Part shown: piece by piece, positions 37,846 to 48,935 of the stretch
Layout of the letters: each line of letters starts with the position of its first letter
Position numbering within the stretch: position 1 is the stretch's first letter
DNA from: Bacteroides sp.
GTDB lineage: Bacteria; Bacteroidota; Bacteroidia; Bacteroidales; Bacteroidaceae
Reading direction: 5' to 3'
Assembly: GCA_031555765.1 (NCBI GenBank)
Contig: JAVBUC010000063.1
Location: 300-64,299 of the forward strand
Length of the DNA stretch: 64,000 nucleotides
Notes under the pieces: generated by a model
Told to the model about the DNA's origin: nothing
The model's input: the letters and a program-made list of their open reading frames with translations, nothing else
The model's database searches: none
Position numbers and translations under genes: made by a program

Positions 37846-39801
37846 GTGATTTCTGTAGAACAACTCAAAGTGGAATTCAATGCGACGCCGCTCTTCGAAG
37901 AGGTATCGTACATCATTAATAAGAAGGACCGCATCGCCCTGGTGGGCAAGAACGGCGCAGGCAAATCGACCATGCTGAAGATACTGGCCGGGATGCAGAC
38001 ACCCACATCGGGTACGGTAGCCGTTCCGCGCGACACCACCATTGGCTACCTGCCACAGGTGATGATCCTGACCGACAACCGCACGGTGATGCAGGAAGCC
38101 GAACAGGCTTTCGACCATATCTTCGACCTGCAGGCCGACCTGGAACGGATGAACCGGCAGCTTGCCGAGCGTACCGACTACGACTCGGAGGAGTACCACA
38201 AATTGATAGACCGCTTTACGCATGAGAACGACCGCTTCCTGATGATGGGTGGCACCAACTTCCAGGCCGAGATAGAGCGTACGCTGATGGGACTCGGGTT
38301 CGACCGGAAGGATTTCGACCGCCCTACCTCGGAGTTCAGCGGTGGATGGCGGATGCGTATCGAGTTGGCCAAGCTCCTGCTGCGCCGTCCCGATGTGCTG
38401 TTGCTCGATGAGCCTACCAACCACCTCGACATCGAAAGTATTCAGTGGCTCGAAACCTTCCTCGCCACCCGCGCCAATGCGGTGGTGCTGGTGAGTCACG
38501 ACCGCGCCTTCCTGAACAATGTCACCACCCGCACCATCGAAATCAGTTGCGGACAGATCTATGACTACAAGGTAAAGTATGACGACTTCGTGGAGCTGCG
38601 CCGGGAACGTCGCGAGCAACAGATGCGTGCCTACGAGAATCAACAGAAACAGATACAGGACACGGAGGACTTCATCGAACGCTTCCGCTACAAAGCCACC
38701 AAGGCGGTGCAGGTACAAAGCCGCATCAAGCAACTGGAAAAGATAGACCGTATCGAGGTGGACGATGAGGACAACTCGTCGCTTCGCCTCAAGTTCCCGC
38801 CTGCCAGCCGCAGCGGCAGTTACCCGGTGATCTGCGAAGATACGGAGAAGGTATACGGACAGCATGTGGTGTTCCACGACGTGAACCTCACCATCAACCG
38901 GGGCGAGAAGGTGGCCTTTGTGGGCAAGAACGGCGAAGGTAAGTCCACCCTGGTAAAGTGCATCATGAACGAGATACCGTTCGGCGGCAAGCTCACCATC
39001 GGGCACAACGTGCAGATAGGCTACTTCGCCCAGAACCAGGCACAGATGCTGGACGAGGGTTTGACAGTGTTCGACACCATCGACCGGGTAGCCGTGGGCG
39101 ACATCCGGTTGAAGATACGCGACATTCTCGGTGCTTTCATGTTTGGCGGTGAAGCGTCGGACAAGAAGGTGAAAGTGCTCTCGGGCGGTGAACGTACCCG
39201 TCTGGCCATGATCAAGCTGTTGCTGGAGCCGGTAAACTTCCTCATCCTCGACGAACCGACCAATCACCTCGATATGCGCTCCAAGGATGTGCTGAAGGAT
39301 GCCATACGCGAGTTCGACGGGACGGTGGTCGTGGTGAGCCACGACCGGGAATTCCTGGACGGGCTGGTGACGAAGGTCTACGAGTTCGGCAGTGGCCTGG
39401 TACGCGAACACATGGGCGGCATCTATGACTTCCTGCAGAAAAAGAAGATAGAGAGCCTGAACGAATTGCAGAAAGGACCGTCACTGTCGGCATCGCCCAC
39501 CGCCGATGCAGCTTCGAAGAGTGCCGAACCCACCCAGGCATCGGAAAACAAACTCTCTTACGAAGCACAGAAGGAGCTGAACAAGAAACTCAAGAAGATA
39601 GAGAAACAAGTGGCTGACTGCGAGGCGGAAATAGAACAGACGGAATCGGCCATCGCCATCCTGGAAGAGCAAATGGCTACTCCCGAAGGGGCTGCCGATA
39701 TGACGCTGTATGAGCGTCACCAGAAATTGAAGCAGCAACTGGCCCGTGCCGAGGAGACCTGGGAAGCAGCGTTGACAGAGCTGGAAGAACTGAAAGGATG
39801 A
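37846..39801 (+). CDS. ABC-F family ATP-binding protein
   Basis: Two NBDs (GKNGAGKST/FSGGW, GKNGEGKST/LSGGE), DEPTNHLD twice, C-terminal coiled coil; probable GTG start after promoter TACCTTTG at 37810. Confidence 0.93.
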   Translation: MISVEQLKVEFNATPLFEEVSYIINKKDRIALVGKNGAGKSTMLKILAGMQTPTSGTVAVPRDTTIGYLPQVMILTDNRTVMQEAEQAFDHIFDLQADLERMNRQLAERTDYDSEEYHKLIDRFTHENDRFLMMGGTNFQAEIERTLMGLGFDRKDFDRPTSEFSGGWRMRIELAKLLLRRPDVLLLDEPTNHLDIESIQWLETFLATRANAVVLVSHDRAFLNNVTTRTIEISCGQIYDYKVKYDDFVELRRERREQQMRAYENQQKQIQDTEDFIERFRYKATKAVQVQSRIKQLEKIDRIEVDDEDNSSLRLKFPPASRSGSYPVICEDTEKVYGQHVVFHDVNLTINRGEKVAFVGKNGEGKSTLVKCIMNEIPFGGKLTIGHNVQIGYFAQNQAQMLDEGLTVFDTIDRVAVGDIRLKIRDILGAFMFGGEASDKKVKVLSGGERTRLAMIKLLLEPVNFLILDEPTNHLDMRSKDVLKDAIREFDGTVVVVSHDREFLDGLVTKVYEFGSGLVREHMGGIYDFLQKKKIESLNELQKGPSLSASPTADAASKSAEPTQASENKLSYEAQKELNKKLKKIEKQVADCEAEIEQTESAIAILEEQMATPEGAADMTLYERHQKLKQQLARAEETWEAALTELEELKG

Positions 39802-39811
39802 TTTGTAGTTC

Positions 39812-39884
39812 ACCACAGAGTCACACAGAGTTCCACAGAGTTTTTTATTCTCTTACTCTGTGGAACTCTGTGTGACTCTGTGGT
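39812..39884. repeat. REP-like hairpin with perfect 30-bp arms made of CACAGAG units
   Basis: ACCACAGAGTCACACAGAGTTCCACAGAGT, 13-nt loop, exact reverse complement. Confidence 0.9.
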
Positions 39885-40005
39885 AAATAAAACACCATAA
39901 ATATATTGTTAGAAAACCTTTATATACGCAAATTTGTTTTTATCTTCGCAAACTATATTTGGCGAATATTTATTCGCCGAACGATCAATAAACCATATTT
40001 ATAAG

Positions 40006-42039
40006 ATGAAAGGAAGAAATTACTTACCAGTTTTTGCATTCTGCCTCCTGGCTACCGGATGCAACGGCCCGAAGGAAGCGACACTCACATCGGGAATCGA
40101 CCGTGCCAATCTCGACACGACAGCCCTTCCGGGCACTGACTTCTACCAATTTGCCTGTGGAGGCTGGATGAAGAACCATCCGCTGACGGGCGAATACTCT
40201 CGTTTCGGCTCCTTCGACATGTTGGCCGAGAACAACCGTGAACAGCTCCGCGGACTGATCGAGGAACTGGCAGCGGGAACCTACGATGCAGGTACCATAG
40301 CACAGAAAGTAGGTGGCTTGTACAACATTGCCATGGACAGCGTGAAGCTGAATGCCGATGGTGCTACGCCCATACAGGCAGAACTGGAACAAATCGCTGC
40401 GCTGAAAGACAAAGCGGAGATCTATCCACTCATTGCCCGGATGCAGAAAGAAGGTGCTTCTCCTTTCTTCTATCTTTATGTAGGAGCGGACGATATGAAC
40501 AGTTCCATGAACATAGTACACACGTATCAGGGTGGACTGGGCATGGACGAACGTGATTATTACCTGGAGGAAGATGCCGATACCAAGAACATTCGCGACC
40601 AGTACGTGCTGCACATCGGTAAGATGTTCCAGTTGGTTGGATATGATGCAGCTACAGCCGATAAGGCAGCGCAAGCAGTTATGGCGGTGGAAAACCGTCT
40701 GGCCAAAGCTGCCCGTTCGCAAGTGGAACTGCGCGATCCGCATGCCAACTACAACAACCTGACGATGGATCAGTTGAAAAAGGATTTCGCTCCCTTCGAC
40801 TGGGATGCTTTCCTGACAGCAGCCGGACTTCCCAACCTGGCGAGTGTGAACATCGGTCAGCCTGGTGCCATCAAGGAGGTGAGTGCTGTGATCAATACGA
40901 TGTCGATGGACGATTTGAAGTATTACCTGCAATGGAACCTCATCAACTCATCGGCTTCTTGCCTGAGCGATGTGATCTCGGCACAGGACTTTGACTTCTA
41001 CGGCAAAACGATGTCGGGTAAGAAGGAACAACAGCCCCGCTGGAAACGTGCGGTAAATGCAGTGAACGGTTCGCTGGGTGAAGCAGTGGGACAGATGTAT
41101 GTAGAGAAGTATTTCCCTGCCGCTGCCAAAGAACGTATGCTTGCGTTGGTGAAGAACTTGCAGAAAGCTCTGGGCGAACGTATCAACGAACTGGCTTGGA
41201 TGGGAGACACCACCAAGGTAAAAGCGCAGGAGAAACTGGGTACGTTCCGTATCAAGATAGGTTATCCCGACAAGTGGAAAGATTACAGCAACCTGGAAGT
41301 GAAGAACGACTCGTACTGGGCCAACATAAAGCGGGCCAGCGAATGGCAGCACAACGAAATGGTGGCTAAAGCCGGCAAACCGGTAGATCCTAACGAGTGG
41401 TTGATGACTCCGCAAACCGTGAATGCTTACTACCAGCCTACCACCAATGAGATTTGCTTCCCGGCCGGTATCCTGCAATACCCGTTCTTCGACATGAATG
41501 CCGACGATGCTTTCAACTATGGTGCCATCGGCGTGGTGATCGGTCACGAAATGACACACGGCTTTGACGACCAGGGGCGCAAGTACGACAAGGACGGTAA
41601 CCTGAAAGACTGGTGGACGGAAGAAGACGGAAAGAAGTTCGACGAACGTGCTGCGGTGATGGCTGCTTTCTTCGACAGCATCCAAGTAGCTCCGGGTGTA
41701 CATGCCAACGGTAAATTCACATTGGGTGAGAACATTGCCGACCATGGTGGTTTGCAGGTGTCTTACCAGGCCTACAAGAATGCCACGGCTGCTGCTCCGT
41801 TGGGGGAAAAGGATGGCTTTACGGCCAATCAGCGTTTCTTCCTTTCGTATGCCAATGTGTGGGCCGGAAATATCCGTCCGGAAGAAGTGCTTCGTCTGAC
41901 GAAGACCGATGAACACTCCTTAGGCAAGTGGCGTGTGGACGGTGCTCTGCCGCAGATTGCTGCCTGGTACGAGGCCTTCGGCATCACGGAAAACGATCCG
42001 ATGTACCTGCCGGCGGACAAGCGGGTTTCGATCTGGTAA
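40006..42039 (+). CDS. pepO: M13 family metalloendopeptidase (lipoprotein)
   Basis: DFYQFACGGW, VNAYY, GHEMTHGFDD, GENIADHGG; start at ATG 40006. Confidence 0.93.
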   Translation: MKGRNYLPVFAFCLLATGCNGPKEATLTSGIDRANLDTTALPGTDFYQFACGGWMKNHPLTGEYSRFGSFDMLAENNREQLRGLIEELAAGTYDAGTIAQKVGGLYNIAMDSVKLNADGATPIQAELEQIAALKDKAEIYPLIARMQKEGASPFFYLYVGADDMNSSMNIVHTYQGGLGMDERDYYLEEDADTKNIRDQYVLHIGKMFQLVGYDAATADKAAQAVMAVENRLAKAARSQVELRDPHANYNNLTMDQLKKDFAPFDWDAFLTAAGLPNLASVNIGQPGAIKEVSAVINTMSMDDLKYYLQWNLINSSASCLSDVISAQDFDFYGKTMSGKKEQQPRWKRAVNAVNGSLGEAVGQMYVEKYFPAAAKERMLALVKNLQKALGERINELAWMGDTTKVKAQEKLGTFRIKIGYPDKWKDYSNLEVKNDSYWANIKRASEWQHNEMVAKAGKPVDPNEWLMTPQTVNAYYQPTTNEICFPAGILQYPFFDMNADDAFNYGAIGVVIGHEMTHGFDDQGRKYDKDGNLKDWWTEEDGKKFDERAAVMAAFFDSIQVAPGVHANGKFTLGENIADHGGLQVSYQAYKNATAAAPLGEKDGFTANQRFFLSYANVWAGNIRPEEVLRLTKTDEHSLGKWRVDGALPQIAAWYEAFGITENDPMYLPADKRVSIW

Positions 42040-42052
42040 CCGGACTATCCTA

Positions 42053-42094
42053 AAACAGAAAAGGCATCCCCCATTGAGGATGCCTTTTCTGTTT
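42053..42094. terminator. Bidirectional terminator
   Basis: AAACAGAAAAGGCATCC...GGATGCCTTTTCTGTTT between convergent genes. Confidence 0.85.
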
Positions 42095-42098
42095 ATTT

Positions 42099-43280
42099 TT
42101 ATTTATGATCATTGGGCCAGAATTCCGGTTTGTTCTTACTACCCCGGTAGATGCAGTCCAGACATCTGGCACTAACCAGGCTTTCCAAACCTTTCATCTC
42201 CGAGTACTGCAAGGGGCGGAGCCCCATGTAGTAAAGGTCTAGCATCGTTTTGCCTTTTTCTAGCATGCCATTAATAGAGTCCGTGTCGACTTCTTCGCAA
42301 ATCTCCCTGTAGTTGTTACTGATTTGAGCGGCATTGACAAATATACGGTAGCTTGTGGCATTTTGGGCCACCTCGATCTGCCCGATGACCTTCCTGGCCG
42401 GGTTGGTGATGCAGTGGATGTTGCCTTCTATTTTTGACGGTTGTGGGGTGAACAGGCCACCCATTCCTTCGTTGGTTTTGGCTTTGTCCAGAAAATATTC
42501 ATACCCTGCCTTGCTGATGGTTTGTTGGGTGACGAGGGTAGAGTAAAGGACCGTGAAGTGATCATCGGTCGGTGTCCTCTTGTACAGGTTGTGATTGATG
42601 ATCCTGTTCTCGGTCAGTTTCTCGGTACTGCCTACCAGAATGTCATTGCCGTAGTTCACTCGCCAGCAGAAGTATAAAGGAGCTGAGAAGTCAACGTAGA
42701 TCTTATATCCTCCCGATTCGGTGAACGCATCTAAGTCAAAGAATGCAAAAGCAAGGTTGGCGGCGGTTATTTCCCAATCTTCCTTGTATTTCCATATATA
42801 ATAAGAGGTTTTCGTACTTTCGTTGTACGTGGATACGCGGAAAGTAACGTCACTTCTGTACTCAGGCTGCACCCAGGAGATACTGTCGATGGCAGGCGTA
42901 TGGAGCGGTTGGGTGAGTTCCGACCGATAAGACTCTCCATCATACTCGAACTCGATGCCGTAGGATACTTCCGGATTTAATGTCCCGATGGTTAGTGTAT
43001 GTATTCCATTGCCTCCATAAGTGGCGTACGGGCTTTGAGAACCGTCGCTCCCGATGATGCGAAGTTGCACCTGGACATTGTCATATCCGGAAGGAGGGCT
43101 GCCGTCATTCAATGAAAAGCTTTTGCTGAAGTAGAAATTCATAACCGAGTCACTCACAATATTTCCTTCCACAACCAACAGACCTATATCGCTTTTAGGC
43201 AGATTGGCGTTGAATTCTGACACACAGGCAACTATTGCACACAGTAGCAGTGTATAGATAGGGTATCTAAGTTTTTTCAT
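42099..43280 (-). CDS. DUF4249 family lipoprotein (copy 2)
   Basis: Lipobox IVAC, LVVEGNI, GGLFTPQPS..EGNI, CLDC...KPEFW; start at MKKLRYP. Confidence 0.85.
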   Translation of the reverse strand: MKKLRYPIYTLLLCAIVACVSEFNANLPKSDIGLLVVEGNIVSDSVMNFYFSKSFSLNDGSPPSGYDNVQVQLRIIGSDGSQSPYATYGGNGIHTLTIGTLNPEVSYGIEFEYDGESYRSELTQPLHTPAIDSISWVQPEYRSDVTFRVSTYNESTKTSYYIWKYKEDWEITAANLAFAFFDLDAFTESGGYKIYVDFSAPLYFCWRVNYGNDILVGSTEKLTENRIINHNLYKRTPTDDHFTVLYSTLVTQQTISKAGYEYFLDKAKTNEGMGGLFTPQPSKIEGNIHCITNPARKVIGQIEVAQNATSYRIFVNAAQISNNYREICEEVDTDSINGMLEKGKTMLDLYYMGLRPLQYSEMKGLESLVSARCLDCIYRGSKNKPEFWPNDHK

Positions 43281-43303
43281 TTTAGAATCAGATACTATAA
43301 ACT

Positions 43304-44968
43304 TTAAGGCGTTACCCGGAAGAGGGTAGTACCATGTATGGCTTTCCCATCGCTGGTGAATCCTTCGACGGTGACCTTGAATTCGCCACAAAGGTCAGAC
43401 GTGTAGAAGGAGAGGGTTCCGGGTGTCGGAAGCTGCTTGATGCAGGGATTCCAGTACAAAGTATGCCGGAAGTCGGGCTTCAACGATTGGCGGGAAACAG
43501 CATCCGGATACTCGGGCGACGGGAACTCAATAGGCAGTGACGGGCAGTCATAAGTCATGAGTTGCGAGCCTTCGTCCAACTGGATGGCCGAAAGATTCTC
43601 CCGGTGGCTGACAAACGACACCATACACTCAAAGAGTTCGCCTCCATAATAATATTTCTCGTCGTATATTTCTATGTATCGAATGTTTCGGGGGTTGTAG
43701 GTAAGCATGTGCTCGTGGTCACGGATAGGAACACCATCCAGCAGAAGTAAGGTGTTTCCGCTGTTGAACCGGTTCACAGATGGCATCAATACACGGATAT
43801 ATTTCTTCCCGTCTGTCTTACGAACAGCCAGGTAGACAACAAACTCAATGATGGTTTCCTGCAACGTGCTGAAACGGGTGTATTCGTCGAGGTCGTACAC
43901 GATGGGCTTCTTGAAATGGTAATAATTACCCAACGGAACTTCTTGACCGAGCGAATCCACTCCCATTACCTGCTTCAGTTGTGCGCCGATGAAACGGTCC
44001 ATGAGTAGTGAGTCTTCGGCATGTACCCGTAGGGGAGGCAATGAGGCAGGGCGTGCTTCTTCGAACGGAGAGACGATGTTCATCCGGTACGTCTTGTTGT
44101 CGAACGAAGCGACGGAGGTGACTACGTCCTGAGTTCCGTAAACCCTGTCGGTATAGAAGAGGGTGGTGCCGTCGTTCTCGAGTCGTCCGTGTATGTAATG
44201 GATATCAGTACCTACGAACCCGATGCCGGAGTGGTAGACAGGTTGCCCGTGAGCAAAGGCAGGTTCAGTGGTTTGGCCCAGGATGATGTGTCCTTCGTAT
44301 TCGGGTTGCCAACGCCAGTCGGTGATAGGAGTGGTAATGGGAACCTGCTTCAGCCAGGCTTCGGGGTCGACTGCCGGTAGCGCGGCGATGGAGTCGTTCC
44401 GGGAAACACTTACCACAAGGTCGGTAGCATTGGCAGGGATACCTTCCAGGGAGAGGGCAACCGGTTGGCGGTTGCTGTATTGCTGCTTGTCGGTCGTCAC
44501 CCGTATACCGGACGAGGGAGCATCGGGTGTGTACAATGCCTCTTCCGATTCGACCAGTTGCAGGCGGTCGGCTTCCGACGGTATAGCCAGATTGATAATG
44601 GCAATCTGTCTTTTAAATGCTACAGGTGTGCTCTCGTTGCGCATGTACCGCGTATAACCTGACAGTTCATACGTGCCCGATGGGATAGTGAGTGGGATAG
44701 AGATTTTGCCTGCACCCTGTCCTTCTTCCAGAGCCAGTTTTATTTGCAGTTGCGGACGTTCTGTATTACAAATCTCCACATACCCTACTTTACTGAATGA
44801 AGAGGGGCGGAACTGGCTGTCGGTAACAAAGAACTTTACCCACATGTCCTCTCCGGCTACGTAGCAAGCCTTGTCGAGGTGTACAAATACACGTTCGTTC
44901 AAAGTCTCCTGTGCTTGTGCAGACAACGCAGAGACGAATACAAAAAGGGAAAAATATATCTGTTTCAT
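43304..44968 (-). CDS. Secreted hypothetical protein (macroglobulin MG-like N-terminus, plug-like C-terminal region)
   Basis: ERVFVHLDK..Y.AGE, LLLDGVP, PDFRHTLYWNP. Confidence 0.7.
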   Translation of the reverse strand: MKQIYFSLFVFVSALSAQAQETLNERVFVHLDKACYVAGEDMWVKFFVTDSQFRPSSFSKVGYVEICNTERPQLQIKLALEEGQGAGKISIPLTIPSGTYELSGYTRYMRNESTPVAFKRQIAIINLAIPSEADRLQLVESEEALYTPDAPSSGIRVTTDKQQYSNRQPVALSLEGIPANATDLVVSVSRNDSIAALPAVDPEAWLKQVPITTPITDWRWQPEYEGHIILGQTTEPAFAHGQPVYHSGIGFVGTDIHYIHGRLENDGTTLFYTDRVYGTQDVVTSVASFDNKTYRMNIVSPFEEARPASLPPLRVHAEDSLLMDRFIGAQLKQVMGVDSLGQEVPLGNYYHFKKPIVYDLDEYTRFSTLQETIIEFVVYLAVRKTDGKKYIRVLMPSVNRFNSGNTLLLLDGVPIRDHEHMLTYNPRNIRYIEIYDEKYYYGGELFECMVSFVSHRENLSAIQLDEGSQLMTYDCPSLPIEFPSPEYPDAVSRQSLKPDFRHTLYWNPCIKQLPTPGTLSFYTSDLCGEFKVTVEGFTSDGKAIHGTTLFRVTP

Positions 44969-44982
44969 GGTTTACTATTTAC

Positions 44983-46182
44983 TTATTTATGATCATTGGG
45001 CCAAAACTCCGGTTTGTTCTTGCCACCCCGGTAGGTACAGTCTAAGCATCTTCTGGTTACCATGCTTTCCAATTCATACATGACCCCCATAGGTGCTGGC
45101 ACTTTCACGTAGTCCAATGGACGCAGCCCTATGTTGTAAAGGACCTCCATCGTATTATCGTTTAACAAGGCTTTGATGGAATCTTTATCGATAGCAATGC
45201 ACATCTCCCTGTAGGAGGAACTGATGCGTGCGGCGTCGATGAATATCCGGTAAGTCGTGGCGTTCTGGGCTACATCGATGTACCCGATGACTTGTTTGTC
45301 CGGGTCGGTGGTGCAACTGATATTGCCTTCTATCTTCGATGGCTGCGGAGTGAACAGACCACCCATTCCTTCATTTCCCTTGTTTTTGTCCAGATAGTAT
45401 TCGTATGCTCCCTTGCTGATGGCTTGTTGGGTGACGAGTGTAGAGTATAAATAAGTGAAGCGGTCGTCGTTCGGTGTCTTTTTATACAAGGTGTGATTGA
45501 TAATCCGGTTCTCGGTCAGCTTCTCCGTACTGCCTATCAGGATGTCATGACTATTGTTCTTTCGCCAGCAATAATAAACGGGTCTCGAGAAATCTGTGTA
45601 AATATCGTATCCTCCTTCTTCGGTGAACGCATCCGTATTAAAGAATGCATAGGCAACGTACTGTGCTGTTATCTCCCAATCTTCCATATAGTGCCAGATG
45701 AAATACGAGGCTTCCGAGCCTTGGTTGTGTGTAGATACACGGATGGAAACATCACCTTCTTCGACGGGTTGGATCCAGGATACACTATCGATGGCAGGAG
45801 TGCGGAGCGGACGGGCAAGTTCGGACTGGTAGGTGTCTCCATCGTACTCGAACTCGATACCGTAAGCTACTTCCGGATTCAGCGTTCCGACGGGTAGCGT
45901 ATGTATGCCGTTACCGGAATATGTAGCGTATGCACTTTGCGAACCATCGCTCCCGATGATGCGAAGCTTGACCTGAACATTGTCGTATTCGGAAGGAGGG
46001 GTATCGTCATTCAATGAAAAGCTTTTGCTGAAATAGAAATTCATGACGGAGTCGCTCACAATGTTTCCTTCCACGACCAACAGGTCGATGTCGCTGCTGG
46101 GGAGATTGGCGTTGAACTCGGAAATGCAGGCTCCTGCTGCGAGCAGCAACAGTATATAAAGCGGGTATTTTAATTTTTTCAT
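44983..46182 (-). CDS. DUF4249 family lipoprotein (copy 1)
   Basis: Paralogue of 42099-43280 with the same motifs. Confidence 0.85.
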   Translation of the reverse strand: MKKLKYPLYILLLLAAGACISEFNANLPSSDIDLLVVEGNIVSDSVMNFYFSKSFSLNDDTPPSEYDNVQVKLRIIGSDGSQSAYATYSGNGIHTLPVGTLNPEVAYGIEFEYDGDTYQSELARPLRTPAIDSVSWIQPVEEGDVSIRVSTHNQGSEASYFIWHYMEDWEITAQYVAYAFFNTDAFTEEGGYDIYTDFSRPVYYCWRKNNSHDILIGSTEKLTENRIINHTLYKKTPNDDRFTYLYSTLVTQQAISKGAYEYYLDKNKGNEGMGGLFTPQPSKIEGNISCTTDPDKQVIGYIDVAQNATTYRIFIDAARISSSYREMCIAIDKDSIKALLNDNTMEVLYNIGLRPLDYVKVPAPMGVMYELESMVTRRCLDCTYRGGKNKPEFWPNDHK

Positions 46183-46184
46183 GC

Positions 46185-48935
46185 TTAGAATCGGATATTA
46201 TAAGTTACAAATGGTATCGGGGCACCGAAGATGGACATCTGGTAACCTTGGATCTTTCCTTCTTGCGAGACATAATAAATTGAGTATACGTTCTTCCGGG
46301 CGGTAACATTGTACACTCCGATGGAAATAGAACTGTGAGTCAGCAGCGTCAGCTTATGACTGGGTTCGATGTTGAAAGAGATATCCGTACGGAAATAGTT
46401 GGGTATACGATAAGAGTTACGGTCCATATAATACACGCGCATGGCTTGCAGGGTACGGTCGTAATACTGTCCGGCCGGGATGGTGACGGGGCGGCCTGTG
46501 CTGTAATCCGTGTTCACGGAAACGCTGTAGCGTTCGGTGAATTTATAATTGCCCACGAACTTGAAATCATGCGGCTTGTCATACTCGGTAGGATACCAGT
46601 CGCCATTGTTCACCGGATTGGAGATCAGCTTGTCACTCTGGCGCAGGAAAGTGCGCGAGTAAGTGTAGCTTACCCATCCGTTCAGCTTGCCGGTGACTTT
46701 CTTCACGGAGAATTCCACACCGTACGCATGTCCTTCGGTGTTGATGACGTCGGTTTCTATGTGGTGATTCATCAGCAGCTGGGCTTTATTGCGGTAGTCC
46801 AGATAATCGTTCATCCGCTTGTAATAGCCTTCGACGGAGTATTCCCATACATCGCTCGGGGAGTTGAGGTAGAGCCCTCCGGCTACTTGCCATCCGCGTT
46901 GGGGCTTCACGTTGTAGTCGCTCAGCTTCCAGGTGTCGGTGGGCGACATGATAGCGGTATTGGACAATTTGTGTATATACTGGCGCATGGAGTTGAAACC
47001 TACCTTTGCGGACAGGTTATCAGTGAAAGCATAACGGGCCGAGAGGCGGAATTCCGGTCCCATATAGGTCTTCAGAATACTGCCCGCCCCGGCTTGTACC
47101 GTATCGGTGACGGTCGACTCGTGCGGCAATACATCCGATTGGTACTTAAAGTATTGACGCGGACCCAGGGCATTGAACAGGGAGAGGCGTATGCCGGCAT
47201 TCACTGATAGCTTGGGGTTGACTTCCCATTCATCGCCTAAGTAAACAGCCGATTCAAGTGCTTTGTCTTTTTGCAGGATGTCGGGCTTTACTAAGGATTT
47301 TTCGCCTGCCGGTTCGTATCTGCCCGAGTTGATGTCATAAAGCATAGACTTGAAACCGTATTCCAGTTTGTGCTTTTCGGCCAGCGGGTAGGTAAAGTCG
47401 GCTTTGATGAAGAACTGGTTGATGTTGAACGATAGTTTGAACGCTGTGGCTTCCTCGATGGTTTCTGTATTCTCGTAATCGTAGTGATCCATACCAGCTG
47501 TGAAGTATCCCGCGAGTTTTTCGTTGAACACTGTTCTCCATTTGACAGAAGCATTCATATTGTTATAGCCATACTTCTCGTTTTCATTGAAGGAGAAGCG
47601 GTCATGGCTGTAGTACCCGTAGACGTTCAGGTTGTTCTTCTCATTGATACGATGTGAGTAGACAAGCCCCAGGTCATAGAACCCAGCTTTTCCATCATTA
47701 TATCCACTCTTCTTGGGAAGCGTTTTCAGGATCCAGTCCGAATACGTGGTACGTCCACTCAGCAAGAGCGACGAGCGCTCTTTGATGATAGGTATTTCCA
47801 GATTCAGTTTGCTCGTTACCAAGCCCAGTCCGGCCGAACCGGTGAACTTTTCCTTATTGGCCTCTTTGCCGGTGATGTCGAGCACGGAGGAGATACGCCC
47901 TCCGTAGCGGGAAGGAATACTGCTCTTGTAGATTTCCGCATCTTTTACCATGTCCGAGCTGAATGCTGCGAAGAAACCGAACAAGTGATTGGGGTTATAT
48001 ATGGTACCGTCGTTGAGCAGGATAAGGTTCTGGTCGGTAGCTCCTCCACGTACGTTGAACCCGCTCGATGCTTCGCCTACTGTCTTCACGCCCGGTAATG
48101 CCTGAATGGCTTTCAATACGTCGACTTCTCCCAGCGCCATCGGGATATTCTTAATCTTAGCCATTTGAAGTTTCTCCATGCCTATCTGAGTGCCTTTGAC
48201 GTTCTGGATGCGACCGGAAACAACGGATACTTCGTCGAGCATGTATTGTTCTTCTTCTATTTCAATGTCCAAAGAACCGTCGCCATAGAGCATCAGCTGA
48301 CGGCGGGTATTCTTGATGTTTAATCCGCTGATCTCCAGCTGTATGCGACCATTAGGTAGCGTGATGGAAAAGTTGCCGTTCTTATCGGTGGTAGCTGCAG
48401 TCCAGGGACTTCTCAGTACCACGTTGATGCTTGTCAGAGGATCGCCGGATTTGAAATCAGTAATTTGTCCGGTAAGTTCTACCTGCTTGGGCAACTTCTT
48501 TACATACGGGTCGCCGATGGAATAGACTTTGTTTTCTGAAGTGGCTTTCTCCTTCACACCGGTGAACCGGGTGTACAGATCCTCTCCGTAGGTGGATCGC
48601 TGTTCGCCGGCCAGTCCCGGATGGAACGTGGTGATCAATTGGGTGTCTTTCAGTACAAAGAGTATTTGTCCGTAGGTAGAGAGGCGGTAGGGGGTACCGG
48701 CAAGAGCTTTTCCCAACTGCGCGGCAGGTGATGTTTCCTGAAGTGCAGAAGCAGGGATCTGGAACGGTTGTTCGATGATAGCATATACCTGCCAACTGCC
48801 ACTCTGGCGAATATGGTTCAACAGTACCTCAATAGATACACTGTCTCCGGACACAGTATGTGATGTCTGTGCCTGCAGGCCGATGGGGAGTAAGCCCAGT
48901 GTCAGAATGGCTAAGATAAGTGTGTGTCGTTTCAT
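46185..48935 (-). CDS. TonB-dependent receptor
   Basis: CarboxypepD-like domain, plug (LPGVKTVGE..GFNVRGG..DQNLILL), beta-barrel ending in Phe. Confidence 0.93.
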   Translation of the reverse strand: MKRHTLILAILTLGLLPIGLQAQTSHTVSGDSVSIEVLLNHIRQSGSWQVYAIIEQPFQIPASALQETSPAAQLGKALAGTPYRLSTYGQILFVLKDTQLITTFHPGLAGEQRSTYGEDLYTRFTGVKEKATSENKVYSIGDPYVKKLPKQVELTGQITDFKSGDPLTSINVVLRSPWTAATTDKNGNFSITLPNGRIQLEISGLNIKNTRRQLMLYGDGSLDIEIEEEQYMLDEVSVVSGRIQNVKGTQIGMEKLQMAKIKNIPMALGEVDVLKAIQALPGVKTVGEASSGFNVRGGATDQNLILLNDGTIYNPNHLFGFFAAFSSDMVKDAEIYKSSIPSRYGGRISSVLDITGKEANKEKFTGSAGLGLVTSKLNLEIPIIKERSSLLLSGRTTYSDWILKTLPKKSGYNDGKAGFYDLGLVYSHRINEKNNLNVYGYYSHDRFSFNENEKYGYNNMNASVKWRTVFNEKLAGYFTAGMDHYDYENTETIEEATAFKLSFNINQFFIKADFTYPLAEKHKLEYGFKSMLYDINSGRYEPAGEKSLVKPDILQKDKALESAVYLGDEWEVNPKLSVNAGIRLSLFNALGPRQYFKYQSDVLPHESTVTDTVQAGAGSILKTYMGPEFRLSARYAFTDNLSAKVGFNSMRQYIHKLSNTAIMSPTDTWKLSDYNVKPQRGWQVAGGLYLNSPSDVWEYSVEGYYKRMNDYLDYRNKAQLLMNHHIETDVINTEGHAYGVEFSVKKVTGKLNGWVSYTYSRTFLRQSDKLISNPVNNGDWYPTEYDKPHDFKFVGNYKFTERYSVSVNTDYSTGRPVTIPAGQYYDRTLQAMRVYYMDRNSYRIPNYFRTDISFNIEPSHKLTLLTHSSISIGVYNVTARKNVYSIYYVSQEGKIQGYQMSIFGAPIPFVTYNIRF

